From a virus, in the IMG/VR virus record IMGVR_UViG_3300046454_000714, positions 1 through 64,000 of that record: DNA of 64,000 nucleotides; one strand, given 5' to 3'. The notes below the pieces were generated by a model, which did not search any database, had not been told where the DNA came from, and was given only the letters and a program-made list of their open reading frames with translations. The position numbers and the translations under genes are program-made. Shown one piece after another: positions 54,863 through 63,830 of this stretch. Position 1 is the stretch's first letter. Each line of letters starts with the position of its first letter.

Positions 54863-56854
54863 GTGGCCGTCGAGACGCAGGCGCACCAGGACATCATCGA
54901 CGCCTATGGCCGGTCTCAGCAGCGGGCTGTCATCCAGACGACGGTGACGCTGCAGCGGCTGTGGAAGGAGCTTGCGGCCACGGATCTCTCACGGTCGTGG
55001 CTCGGGGGTCTGGGTGCGGCGATGGTGCGGGCCGTGTCGGCCGGCCAGTTGGTGGCGGCGTCGACGGGCCAGAAGTACATCGAGGCGATGGTCCGCGGGG
55101 ATGGGCTGGGCAACAACTACATGGAGCAGGCGTCGCATGTCGACGCCCGCTCGTTCTCGGGTGCCGCGTCGGACGGCCGGGCGCTGGACAGCCTGCTGTA
55201 TCTGCCGGTGATTCGCACGAAGACGCTGATCGGTAACGGGCTGACGTTGCAGGAGGCGATGCTCGGCGGCAGGGCCCAGCTCTTGCAGGTGGCCGCTTCG
55301 GAGGTCGCGGATGCGGGCCGTGGTGCGGCCAGTGTGTCGATGATCGCGAACCGGTCGGTGACGGGCTACGTGCGGACTGTCCGCTCGGGGGCCTGTGCGC
55401 GGTGCGCGATTCTCGCTGGCCGCTGGTACCGGTGGAATGCCGACTTCGAACGGCACAAGAGGTGCTTCCCCGCCGGTGTCGTCGTGTCAGGCCCGCGCAC
55501 GCTGGCGGCCACGCGGCGGCGGTATGAGGGGGAACTCGTCATCCTCACGACGGCGAGTGGCCAGGAGCTCCCCGCCACCGGCAATCACCCGATACTGACG
55601 CGACGCGGCTGGGTCGCTGCCAATCTCATCCAGGAAGGCGACGAGGTAGTCCGCAGCCTCCGGCCGGAGGGCGCTGCGCCCCTCGTAGTCCCAGATCATC
55701 AGCAGATGCCATCCCGCATCGAGGATGTATGGGCTACGGAGAGCGTGGCGGGCGTGCTTCGCGGCGTGCCAACCACCGCCGAGGATTTCCACGGCGACGG
55801 AGGCCACGGCGAAGTCGACGTTGTAGGGCCCAACCGCTTTCTGTGGGGTGAAGTCGAGGCAGCGCTCGCGCAGCATCTGGGCGAAGAGGTCCTCACCGTC
55901 GGAGCGTTGGGCTCGATCGGCATTCCGCTCTCGGCTCAGCGCGGCCACTTTGAGCGTGTCACCGGAGATCGGTTTGCCGCGGACGGCGTCATGGGCGGCC
56001 TGCGTGATCCTGGCCCGCTCCTCGGGGCTGGCCTTGGACATGCGCAGGGCATTGGCTTCAGCGCGGTCGCGGAGATGCGTCCCGGCCTGCTTGAGGTGGC
56101 GCCGCACGACGCCTCGCATGACGCCATAGCGGATGGATATGGACTGTTCGCTCTCTCCGCTCTCGTAGGCGGCAACGAGTTCAGCGGTGGGGAGATCTAT
56201 GGCGCAGGGCCGCGGTGGGATGCCGCGGGCCTGGCGGGCTCGATGGAAGACGCTGAGCGAGATGCCCGAGTTGGCCGCGAGCTCCTTGAGCGGCTCGCCG
56301 GACAGGTAGAGCTCGATCGCGTGGTCGAGGCGCGCAGGGTCAGTTGGTCCGGGCATGTGTATGACCTCAATTCGACAGAGGGCTGGTTCAACGCGAACGG
56401 CCTAATCGTATCTAACTGTCAGTGCTACGGGGTGCCAGCTACAGAGGCTCGCCCGGGCCGTCACACGAACCCGATGTCGTTCTTTCAGGGTCTGTCGCGC
56501 GCGGAGCAGGATCGCCGGTTCACGATCGGCGGCGCGGAGGCGATCCGGAACGGCGCCGACATCTACTCGGTGGTGAACGCGGGCCGTTCGACGATCACGC
56601 TGGACGCCTACGGCAAGAAGGTCGTGGCGACGCTCGAAGGCACGACGAAGCGCGGCGCGTTCTACCAGCAGATGCTGCGTGAGGCCGAGCAGCGCACCGG
56701 GCAGAGGTTCGCCCGGAACGGCTACGACCTGGAGCGTGGCCTGCCCCGCTTTCACCTGCGGACGCCACGGCTCACGCCCGGCGAGATCCTGCGTCTCTCG
56801 GATGACCGTAACGAGCTGATCCGCCTGCTACGGCGTTTCGGCTACCTGTCGTAG
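54863..56854 (+). CDS. MuF/gp7-like minor head protein containing an intein
   Basis: After portal; C.RC.ILAGR.Y and F.RH.R|CQC motif split by a Hint insertion. Confidence 0.85.
   Translation: MAVETQAHQDIIDAYGRSQQRAVIQTTVTLQRLWKELAATDLSRSWLGGLGAAMVRAVSAGQLVAASTGQKYIEAMVRGDGLGNNYMEQASHVDARSFSGAASDGRALDSLLYLPVIRTKTLIGNGLTLQEAMLGGRAQLLQVAASEVADAGRGAASVSMIANRSVTGYVRTVRSGACARCAILAGRWYRWNADFERHKRCFPAGVVVSGPRTLAATRRRYEGELVILTTASGQELPATGNHPILTRRGWVAANLIQEGDEVVRSLRPEGAAPLVVPDHQQMPSRIEDVWATESVAGVLRGVPTTAEDFHGDGGHGEVDVVGPNRFLWGEVEAALAQHLGEEVLTVGALGSIGIPLSAQRGHFERVTGDRFAADGVMGGLRDPGPLLGAGLGHAQGIGFSAVAEMRPGLLEVAPHDASHDAIADGYGLFALSALVGGNEFSGGEIYGAGPRWDAAGLAGSMEDAERDARVGRELLERLAGQVELDRVVEARRVSWSGHVYDLNSTEGWFNANGLIVSNCQCYGVPATEARPGRHTNPMSFFQGLSRAEQDRRFTIGGAEAIRNGADIYSVVNAGRSTITLDAYGKKVVATLEGTTKRGAFYQQMLREAEQRTGQRFARNGYDLERGLPRFHLRTPRLTPGEILRLSDDRNELIRLLRRFGYLS
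55463..56416 (+). mobile_element. intein (318 aa)
   Basis: Block A CFPAG, block B TGNHPILT..GW...L..GD.V, block F HVYDL, block G ANGLIVSN followed by +1 Cys. Confidence 0.9.
55487..56356 (-). CDS. antisense-encoded HTH + DUF559/Vsr-like endonuclease inside the intein
   Basis: GAGGT SD 7 nt before ATG; two HTH repeats; S.GE..F...L...F.PQ..VGPY.VDFA...VAVEI.GGGWH...L..GW..L.IW; GC3 bias on this strand. Confidence 0.8.
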   Translation of the reverse strand: MPGPTDPARLDHAIELYLSGEPLKELAANSGISLSVFHRARQARGIPPRPCAIDLPTAELVAAYESGESEQSISIRYGVMRGVVRRHLKQAGTHLRDRAEANALRMSKASPEERARITQAAHDAVRGKPISGDTLKVAALSRERNADRAQRSDGEDLFAQMLRERCLDFTPQKAVGPYNVDFAVASVAVEILGGGWHAAKHARHALRSPYILDAGWHLLMIWDYEGRSALRPEAADYLVAFLDEIGSDPAASRQYRVIAGGGELLATRRREDDEFPLIPPPRGRQRARA

Positions 56855-56933
56855 CCCGCAGGCCGCCGCATCACGACCCAAGTTTGGCCGCGCGCAAGGC
56901 GCGGTCTCTGATCCCGCAATGGGAGTTCCATCC

Positions 56934-57674
56934 ATGAGTGCGACTCGTACCCGCTGGCTGCCCGCTGCTCAGAGCGTGGGCTGGTTCCGGCTCAACCGTC
57001 ACGAAGACCCCGACCCCGCCGACCCGGAGCCTGCTCCGGACCCGGCAGCCGATCCGGCAGATCCGGATCCCGAGCCTGACCCGGCAGGCGACCCGGCGGA
57101 CCCCGAGCCTGATCCGGAGCCTGAAGGCGCGGACAAACTCGGCGATGAGGGCAAGAAGGCTCTCGACCGGATGAAGGCCGAGCGTGCCGCGGCCAAGAAG
57201 ACTGCCGCTGCCGAGAAGAAGCGCGCCGACGACCTTGCACGCAAGGTGCAGGAGTTCGAGGACGCGCAGAAGTCTGAGGCGGAAAAGCTCGCGGCGAAGG
57301 TCGAACGGTCTGCCCAGCGGGAGGCCAAGGCGACCGCGCGTGCCGTGGCGGCCGAAGTGCGGGCCGCGGCCGGCGAGTTCGCCGACCCGGGCGACGCCGT
57401 GGATGTGCTGATGCGCGACCCCAGCCAGTACGTCGACGCGGACGGCGAGATCGACATGGACGCCATCGAGACGGCCCTGACGGATCTGCTGGGCCGGAAG
57501 CCGCACTGGAAGAAGCCTGAGCCGGCCGCCCCGGTGGTTGAGCCGAAGCAGAAGCTGAAGCCGGATCCGGGCCAGGGCTCGCGTGGCGCTCCGGCTCCCG
57601 TGGACTACCGCACCGCCTCGAAGGAAGAGGTCGCTGCGGAGCTCGGCAAATTCGGCTACCGGCAGCGCGTGTGA
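56934..57674 (+). CDS. capsid scaffolding protein
   Basis: Asp/Pro-rich N-terminus, LG..GKKAL..MK.ER coiled coil, KPH, PDP.QG. Confidence 0.85.
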   Translation: MSATRTRWLPAAQSVGWFRLNRHEDPDPADPEPAPDPAADPADPDPEPDPAGDPADPEPDPEPEGADKLGDEGKKALDRMKAERAAAKKTAAAEKKRADDLARKVQEFEDAQKSEAEKLAAKVERSAQREAKATARAVAAEVRAAAGEFADPGDAVDVLMRDPSQYVDADGEIDMDAIETALTDLLGRKPHWKKPEPAAPVVEPKQKLKPDPGQGSRGAPAPVDYRTASKEEVAAELGKFGYRQRV

Positions 57675-57862
57675 TCACGGTCCGGGCCCGGTTGGGCGGC
57701 GGACGCACCTCGATTGAGGTGTCCGGTCACGACGAGCCTGCTGCTGGGGGTCGCGTCTGCGCCGCCGTGACGGCCATCACCCAAACCGCGCTGCTGGGCC
57801 TGGATCAGTACGCCCAGCAGTACCCGGACCAAGTGTCCATAGAGATCATCACTGAGGAGTGA
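57671..57862 (+). CDS. Prp-like (DUF464) cysteine protease
   Basis: IEVSGH.......VCAAV.AI.QT..LGL; coupled between scaffold and capsid. Confidence 0.75.
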   Translation: MITVRARLGGGRTSIEVSGHDEPAAGGRVCAAVTAITQTALLGLDQYAQQYPDQVSIEIITEE

Positions 57863-57864
57863 GA

Positions 57865-59196
57865 ATGACCCCCACCATGTCCGCGGTTCGCCCGCGGCTC
57901 CACCGCGCCCCGCGGCCGTGGTTCAAGCTGGACCGGCACGCCGGTGTCCGGCCGTCCCTGCCCGCCGGCATCCAGGCGATGCTGCAGAACGGCATCCTCG
58001 ACCGTGTCTTCCGCGACGCGCTGGTGCCGAACTTCCTGTTCCCTCAGATCGCAGACGCTGAGCCGTGGATGGGCGGGCTGGGCGACACGAAGACGTTCAC
58101 CCGCAAGGGTCTGCTCGCCCCGGTGACGACTCCGGTGACGGGTTCGGACCCGTCGGCGGCGACGTACAGCATCGAGCAGTGGTCCGTGACGATGGACCAG
58201 TACGCGAACTCGATGGACACCAACATGCTCGGCTCGGCGATGGCGCTGGCCAGCAAGTTCCTGGCGGACGTCGAGAACCTGGGCATCAACGCCGGGCAGA
58301 CCATCAACCAGGTGGCCCGCAACAAGCTGTACAAGGCGTATGCGGGCGGCCGGACCTGGGTGACCACGGCCGGCTCCTCGGACACGTCGATGATCGTCAA
58401 CTCGACGGACGGCTTCACCACCGTCATGGTCAACGGCGTCCCGACCGCCGTGTCCGCGTCGAACCCGCTGACCGTGTCGGTCGCGGGTGTCGCGAACACG
58501 GTGACCGGCGTCAACACCGGCACCAGCACGCTGACCCTGGGCACCGCCCGGGTGGATGTCGCCGGTGACTACGTGACCGCGGCGAACGCCCCGGTCTCGG
58601 TCCGGGCGACCGGTAACTCGCCCTACGACCTGTCGTCGTCGAACGTCGTGACGTTCGCGAACTTCCGGGCCGCGGTGGCGCGTCTGCGGAAGATGGCGGT
58701 TCCGACGGTGGGCGGCTACTACGTCGCCCACATCGACCCGGACACGGAGGCGCAGCTTTTCGCGGACGCCGACTTCAAGCAGGCCCTTCAGGGCCGCGTG
58801 GACTCGCCGATCTACACGGAGCTGTCCATTGGCCGGTTCGCGGGCATCGACTGGGTGCGCAACCTGGAGGCGCCGACCATCACCAACGGCGGCTCTGCGG
58901 GCACCCTGACGGTGCACCGGCCGATCGTGCTGGGTGCGAACGCGCTGATGTCGGCGCCGTTCGAGGGCACCAACACCCTTCTCGCCGGTACCGGCGTCGA
59001 GGACGTGCCGGAGATCCGCACCATCAACGCCGCCCCCGGTGTGGACGTCACCCTGCTGGTGCGCCCGGCGCAGGACCGGCTGCAGCAGGTCATCGCCTCG
59101 ACCTGGTCGTGGGTCGGCGACTACGGCGTTCCGTCGGACGCGGGCACGGGCGACGCGGCGCTGTACAAGCGCGGCGTCGTCATCGAGCACGCCTGA
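57865..59196 (+). CDS. major capsid protein
   Basis: Position after scaffold, size, central Thr/Val-rich insertion; GAGGAG RBS. Confidence 0.85.
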   Translation: MTPTMSAVRPRLHRAPRPWFKLDRHAGVRPSLPAGIQAMLQNGILDRVFRDALVPNFLFPQIADAEPWMGGLGDTKTFTRKGLLAPVTTPVTGSDPSAATYSIEQWSVTMDQYANSMDTNMLGSAMALASKFLADVENLGINAGQTINQVARNKLYKAYAGGRTWVTTAGSSDTSMIVNSTDGFTTVMVNGVPTAVSASNPLTVSVAGVANTVTGVNTGTSTLTLGTARVDVAGDYVTAANAPVSVRATGNSPYDLSSSNVVTFANFRAAVARLRKMAVPTVGGYYVAHIDPDTEAQLFADADFKQALQGRVDSPIYTELSIGRFAGIDWVRNLEAPTITNGGSAGTLTVHRPIVLGANALMSAPFEGTNTLLAGTGVEDVPEIRTINAAPGVDVTLLVRPAQDRLQQVIASTWSWVGDYGVPSDAGTGDAALYKRGVVIEHA

Positions 59197-59268
59197 CCCC
59201 GTCTCCCTCCGGCGTGGACAACCCTGTCCGTCCGCGCCGGAGGGCCTTCAGGAAGGAAGGAGAGCAGC

Positions 59269-59637
59269 ATGCGCGTGCGCGTACTGCAGCCGACGCGGTC
59301 GTATTGGAACTACGAGGTCCGCGAGTTCGGCGAGGGCGACGAGCTGGAGGGCGACCTCGCCCGCCATCTCGCCGCGAATGCCCCGGAGGGGGCTGTGAAG
59401 GTTACCGAGGCAGATCCGGAGCCCGAGCCGGAGCCGGAGGCGCCCGCCGAACCGCCCGAGGTGTCGGACCCGGGCGGCGATGAGCCGCCGGTGGACGGCA
59501 CCATCGACGACCTCATGGCCTGGGTGAACGACGACCGTGAGCGTGCCGTGCAGGCGCTGGCGGCGGAGCAGGCGAAGGACAAGCCGCGCAGCACCGTGGT
59601 GAAGCGGTTGACGGCGATGGCCGGCACCGAGGAGTAG
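59269..59637 (+). CDS. head-associated protein
   Basis: TIDDLMAWV..D..RA..AL.AE.....PRST. Confidence 0.7.
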   Translation: MRVRVLQPTRSYWNYEVREFGEGDELEGDLARHLAANAPEGAVKVTEADPEPEPEPEAPAEPPEVSDPGGDEPPVDGTIDDLMAWVNDDRERAVQALAAEQAKDKPRSTVVKRLTAMAGTEE

Positions 59638-59649
59638 AGGGGGCCCGTC

Positions 59650-60279
59650 ATGTCCCCGACTCCTCTCGCCACGCAGACGGACCTTGAGGCCGCACTGCAG
59701 CGGACGTTGGACCCGGCGCAGGCGGCGATGGCTCTGCGTCGGGCGTCGGCGCGGGTGCGGAAGTACTGCCGCCAGGACTTCACGCTCGTCGAGAACCAGA
59801 CCATCACCCTGCCGGGTGGCGGGCGGGTGCTGCGGATTCCCCAACGGCCTCTGGTCGTTGATGACACGCATCCGCTGACGGTGGTCGAGCTGTTCGGGAT
59901 CTCCAATCAGGAGTACACGGCGCTGGAGGGCCGGGACTTCACGCGCATCGGCAGCGAGCTGACCCGCGGCGAAGCCTGGTGGGCGCCAACCAGACTGATG
60001 GGCTGGCCATTCATGCGACCCATGGGGATCTGGGCGCAACGCGTCCGGGTCACCCACAGCCACGGCGACGGCGAGGTCCCGGACGACGTCCTCGATGTCG
60101 TGCTCGATCTGGCGCAGATGAACATGACCAACCCGCAGGGCCTGCGCTCGGAGTCGATCGACGACTACCAGCGCACGTTCGCCTCCGAGACCATCGGCGG
60201 CGCACTGCTGACCGCGGACCACAAAGAGGCGCTGCGGCAGTACCGCGGCGGCTCGTTCTCCGTGGCGCCGGTGACCTGA
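59650..60279 (+). CDS. head-to-tail adaptor
   Basis: LAT..DL...L, AS..VR.YC, NP.GL.SE.IDDY. Confidence 0.8.
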   Translation: MSPTPLATQTDLEAALQRTLDPAQAAMALRRASARVRKYCRQDFTLVENQTITLPGGGRVLRIPQRPLVVDDTHPLTVVELFGISNQEYTALEGRDFTRIGSELTRGEAWWAPTRLMGWPFMRPMGIWAQRVRVTHSHGDGEVPDDVLDVVLDLAQMNMTNPQGLRSESIDDYQRTFASETIGGALLTADHKEALRQYRGGSFSVAPVT

Positions 60280-60686
60280 TGACGGCCATCGACATCCAGC
60301 CTCTGCTCGCTGCGGGCCGCAACGCCCACAATCAGCTGCTGGTGGATACCTGCACCATCAGCCGGCCGGGGGCGCCGACGCTCAACCGCACCACAAGCGT
60401 TCTCACTCCGGGTTCGCCGACGGTCCTGTATTCGGGTGCCTGCCGGCTGAAGCCCCAGCGCGTCCCGAGGAACGAGGAGGCGGGGGAGCGGCTGACGGTG
60501 GTGGCCCGCTACGAGGTGGCTCTGCCGTTCGCGTCACTGGCCACCGACTCACTGCAGACCGGCGACACGGTGACGATCACGGCGTCCGGGGACACCAGGC
60601 TTGTCGGCGAGGTGTTCGCGGTGATGGCTGTCGACTTCAGCAGCACCGCGACGGCCTGGCGGATCACTGTCGAAGCGGCCACGTGA
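60279..60686 (+). CDS. head closure protein (DUF6093-like)
   Basis: DTCTI.R, YSG.CRL, GD.VTIT. Confidence 0.75.
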   Translation: MTAIDIQPLLAAGRNAHNQLLVDTCTISRPGAPTLNRTTSVLTPGSPTVLYSGACRLKPQRVPRNEEAGERLTVVARYEVALPFASLATDSLQTGDTVTITASGDTRLVGEVFAVMAVDFSSTATAWRITVEAAT

Positions 60687-60699
60687 CAGGGGGCGGCCG

Positions 60700-61110
60700 A
60701 TGACGACTCCTGCCGTCCTGCCGCACGTCGACGCGGTCACGGCCGCGCTCGAAACGGCTGGCCTGGTGGTCTACGTCGGCGGGGCACCCCCCGGCGTCTC
60801 CCCGACCGCCACCACCCCGTATGTCGTCCTCTACCCCGAGCCGGGCCGCGCGATGACTGCGTCGCTCGGCGACAACCGGACCGATTTCTCTGCTGTCGTC
60901 CAGCTGACGTGTGTGGGTCTGACGGCGGCGCAGGCCATGTCGGTGTCCGACCGGGCCATCGCCGCGCTGTCTGTCGTCCTGGCGGTCGCCGGGCGCGCGT
61001 CCTGGAAGCCGGAGTCCCTCGACGGGCAGCCGGTGCAGCGGGATGACGACGTAGTCCCGCCCAACTACTACGCACCCAGCCGGTACCGGCTGCGCTCAAT
61101 CCCCCTGTAG
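60700..61110 (+). CDS. tail terminator
   Basis: PYVVLYP, QLTCVG, V.RDDDV.PP. Confidence 0.75.
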   Translation: MTTPAVLPHVDAVTAALETAGLVVYVGGAPPGVSPTATTPYVVLYPEPGRAMTASLGDNRTDFSAVVQLTCVGLTAAQAMSVSDRAIAALSVVLAVAGRASWKPESLDGQPVQRDDDVVPPNYYAPSRYRLRSIPL

Positions 61111-61122
61111 AGGAGTTCCTCC

Positions 61123-61452
61123 ATGGCAACCCTGACCACTCAGGTCATCAGCCTCGCGGGCCTCGGCGTGACTTACGGTGCCGCCGCCGCCTCGACGAAG
61201 GTCATCTGTGACGAGCGGACGTTCTTGCACGTCAAGAACGCCGCCGGTTCCAGCATGACCGTCACCCTGTCGTCGACCGCGAAGGTCCGCAGCCAGGCGG
61301 CGGCGGATGTCGTCGTCACCGTCCCGGCCACCACCGGCGACATGATGATCGGCCCCATCACGAAGGATCTGTTCGCCGGCGTCTCGGACGGCCTGGCCGC
61401 GGTCGCCTACTCGTCGACGACGTCGGTCACTGTCGCTGCCGTGCGCATCTGA
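61123..61452 (+). CDS. small structural protein
   Basis: FLHVKN, V.VPA.....IGP, YS.TTSVTVA. Confidence 0.7.
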   Translation: MATLTTQVISLAGLGVTYGAAAASTKVICDERTFLHVKNAAGSSMTVTLSSTAKVRSQAAADVVVTVPATTGDMMIGPITKDLFAGVSDGLAAVAYSSTTSVTVAAVRI

Positions 61453-61475
61453 CCCTCACCCGCCCCGTCTCGCCC

Positions 61476-61498
61476 GCCCCGCTGCCCGGGGCTTTTTT
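61476..61498 (+). terminator. intrinsic terminator-like hairpin
   Basis: GCCCC-GCTGCCC-GGGGC followed by TTTTTT. Confidence 0.55.
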
Positions 61499-61517
61499 CA
61501 TGCCCTGAGGAGGGTTC

Positions 61518-61997
61518 ATGTCTGACCTGATCAGCGATGGCAACACGAAGGTTTCGTGGGTGGGGTCCATCGCGAACATCAACGCGCCCACGACCACGGA
61601 GTTGAACGGCGGCTCCGACTGGACGCTGCGGATCACCCCGGACGGCCTGAAGGCCGACCCGGCGACCGCGGACGTCGACACCAGCTCACTCGGCTCGACG
61701 TTCACGACCAACCAGCCCGGCCGCCGCTCCTACACGGTGGAGGTCACGTTCAAGCGCGGCTCGACCACGATCGAAGACCAGCCGTACACGACGCTGACGT
61801 ACAACACCTCCGGCTACCTGGTGGTCCGCCGCGGTTCCGCGTTCGCGACCGCCTACGCTTCCGCGGACAAGGTCGAGGTGTACCCGGTGACCGCGGGTGA
61901 GGCGCAGAACATCGCCCCGGCCGCCAACGAGGTCTCGAAGTTCATGAGTCCGCTCAAGGTCACCTCGGACCCGGCGACGAGGGCCATCGTCGCCTGA
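61518..61997 (+). CDS. major tail protein
   Basis: DG.TKV.WV..IA...APT..ELN.G, GYLVVRRG, VEVYPV. Confidence 0.85.
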   Translation: MSDLISDGNTKVSWVGSIANINAPTTTELNGGSDWTLRITPDGLKADPATADVDTSSLGSTFTTNQPGRRSYTVEVTFKRGSTTIEDQPYTTLTYNTSGYLVVRRGSAFATAYASADKVEVYPVTAGEAQNIAPAANEVSKFMSPLKVTSDPATRAIVA

Positions 61998-62473
61998 TGC
62001 CTGACATCTCGGAGCTCTTGGCAGGGGCGTCGCCGCGCGAGGTCACCGTGCAGGTGTGTCTTGCGGGCGACGTGGGCGCCGAACTTCAGGCGCTGGAAGC
62101 AGAGTTGGGCGAGTTGGGGGAGTGGCATTCGACGTCGCTGGGTGAAGTAAACCCGGCCTACGAGCTGCAGGAGCGCCTCACGGTGGCGCGCGAGCGGGCG
62201 CGGGAGGCTGCGGTCGAGTTCCGGTTCCGGGCGCTCGGGCATCGCGCCTACAGCAACCTACTGGCCGCCCATCCGGCGCCGGAGGGCTCGAAGGAGCCGT
62301 ATGACGCGGGGACGTTTCTGCCCGCAGTCCTGGCAGTCTGCTGTGTGGAGCCGTCGCTGACTCCGGCGCAGGTGGACCGGTTGCTGGACGTCGTCAACGA
62401 CGGCACCGCGCGGACCCTGTTCGCCGCGGCGCTCGCGGTGAACGAGGAGCCGAGCCCTGTCCCTTTCTCGTAG
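61997..62473 (+). CDS. tail assembly chaperone (short form)
   Basis: After major tail; ends PVPFS* at a slippery site. Confidence 0.85.
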   Translation: MPDISELLAGASPREVTVQVCLAGDVGAELQALEAELGELGEWHSTSLGEVNPAYELQERLTVARERAREAAVEFRFRALGHRAYSNLLAAHPAPEGSKEPYDAGTFLPAVLAVCCVEPSLTPAQVDRLLDVVNDGTARTLFAAALAVNEEPSPVPFS

Positions 62474-62826
62474 CCCGCCTGCGGGATCACCGGTTCCCGT
62501 ACCGGCGGGAAGTCGAGGCGGCCCGGGCGTGGAGTATCCCGCGCAGCATCCTCCTCGGCCGCCCGCAGCCGAGTCCCGGTGAGCCGTTGTGGCTGCCGGA
62601 AGACCGCTGGTGGGCGATGGCTCTGATGGAGGCCGAGTCGGGGCTGTGCGGGGACTGCGGGCATTCGCTCGCGGAGTCGACGCATGCCGACAACGAGTAC
62701 GCCTACGACGCGTCGATCACGAAATGCCATGCCTGTCTGGCCGGTGCACGCCGGGTGGCGGCGCATCAGGAAGACGGCGGCAAGACCGAGGGCCTGAAGG
62801 TCTCCGTATTTCGAAGGGAGTCGTGA
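62461..62826 (+). CDS. tail assembly chaperone -1 frameshift extension
   Basis: C CCT TTC heptamer at 62461-62467; -1 frame open to 62826 with W...DR..A.A....CG.CG and C.AC. Confidence 0.8.
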   Translation, partial: PFLVARLRDHRFPYRREVEAARAWSIPRSILLGRPQPSPGEPLWLPEDRWWAMALMEAESGLCGDCGHSLAESTHADNEYAYDASITKCHACLAGARRVAAHQEDGGKTEGLKVSVFRRES

Positions 62827-63203
62827 TGGCGGGTATCGACGTGATCGGCCTCACCGTGGTCGTGGACGACCTGGGGACCTTCGCGGAGCGACTGAGGGTG
62901 AACGTGGGGAAGGCCGTCACGGTCACCAGCCGGAAGGTGCGGGATGACGCGCGCAGCCGGATCCGGGGCCGCAAGTACTTGCCCGCCTACCCGTATTCGA
63001 TCACCTACGACGTCAAGGTCACGCCTGTGGGTGTCGAGGGCGAGATCGGCCCGGACAAGGGCCGGTCACAGGGCCCTCTCGGCAACATCATCGAGTACGG
63101 CACCAGCAAGAACGCACCCATTCCACACCTCGGCCCCGCACTGGATGCGAACGCCGAAGACCTGGTCACCGGCATCGAAATCGCCGTGCACCAGGCCATG
63201 TAA
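62826..63203 (+). CDS. HK97 gp10-like tail completion protein
   Basis: SITYD, GEIGPD, EYGTSKN.P.PHLGPA. Confidence 0.8.
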   Translation: MAGIDVIGLTVVVDDLGTFAERLRVNVGKAVTVTSRKVRDDARSRIRGRKYLPAYPYSITYDVKVTPVGVEGEIGPDKGRSQGPLGNIIEYGTSKNAPIPHLGPALDANAEDLVTGIEIAVHQAM

Positions 63204-63227
63204 CAGCACGTGAAGGACAGGGAACCC

Positions 63228-63830
63228 ATGACCACTTCGAGCAGGAAGCCGCCCGCGCGTCGGGCTGCGAAGCCCGCGCTGACGTTTGCCGACGTCCGCG
63301 CCAAGATTCAGCGGCCCCGGCGGGTCGTCGAACTCATCATGGACTCGACGGCCTCCGCAGAGCTCGACGCGTTCGATGCTCTGCTGGAGCGGGCGCAGCG
63401 CCACGACGAGACTCACGGCACGGAGACGGTGCGCGACGTCGCGAAGCAGTTGCAGGAGGTGGAGGCGCGGGCCGAGGAGTCCCGGGTGCGCTTCACCCTC
63501 GAAGCGATCACGCACCGGGCATATCAGGCCCTGCGGGCGGAGCATCCGCCGACGAAGGAGCAGATCGAAAGGGCTGCTGCGGCTGGCGGTGGCGAGGAAC
63601 CGGCATTCGATGGGGACACCTTCGCCCCGGCGCTCGTCGAAGCTCAACTGGTCGAGCCCAAGCCTGCCGACCAGGCGGAGTTCGCCGAGTTCTGGGACCA
63701 CCTGTCTGACGGCCAGCTCCTGCGGCTGTGGAACGCGGCGTTGCAACTCCAGTTCCAGTCCGGTGAGCTCGGGCCGCCGTCGCAGGCCGCCGCCGACATC
63801 CTGCGCTCCTTCGGGATGGCCACCGGCTGA
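63228..63830 (+). CDS. second tail-assembly-chaperone-like protein
   Basis: VRFTLEAITHRAYQALRAEHPP..FDGDTFAPAL resembles the 61997 product. Confidence 0.75.
   Translation: MTTSSRKPPARRAAKPALTFADVRAKIQRPRRVVELIMDSTASAELDAFDALLERAQRHDETHGTETVRDVAKQLQEVEARAEESRVRFTLEAITHRAYQALRAEHPPTKEQIERAAAAGGGEEPAFDGDTFAPALVEAQLVEPKPADQAEFAEFWDHLSDGQLLRLWNAALQLQFQSGELGPPSQAAADILRSFGMATG

Noticed and set aside
57001-57125. GACCCG/GATCCG repeats resembling TraB recognition sites
   Set aside because: Explained by the Asp/Pro-rich scaffold linker
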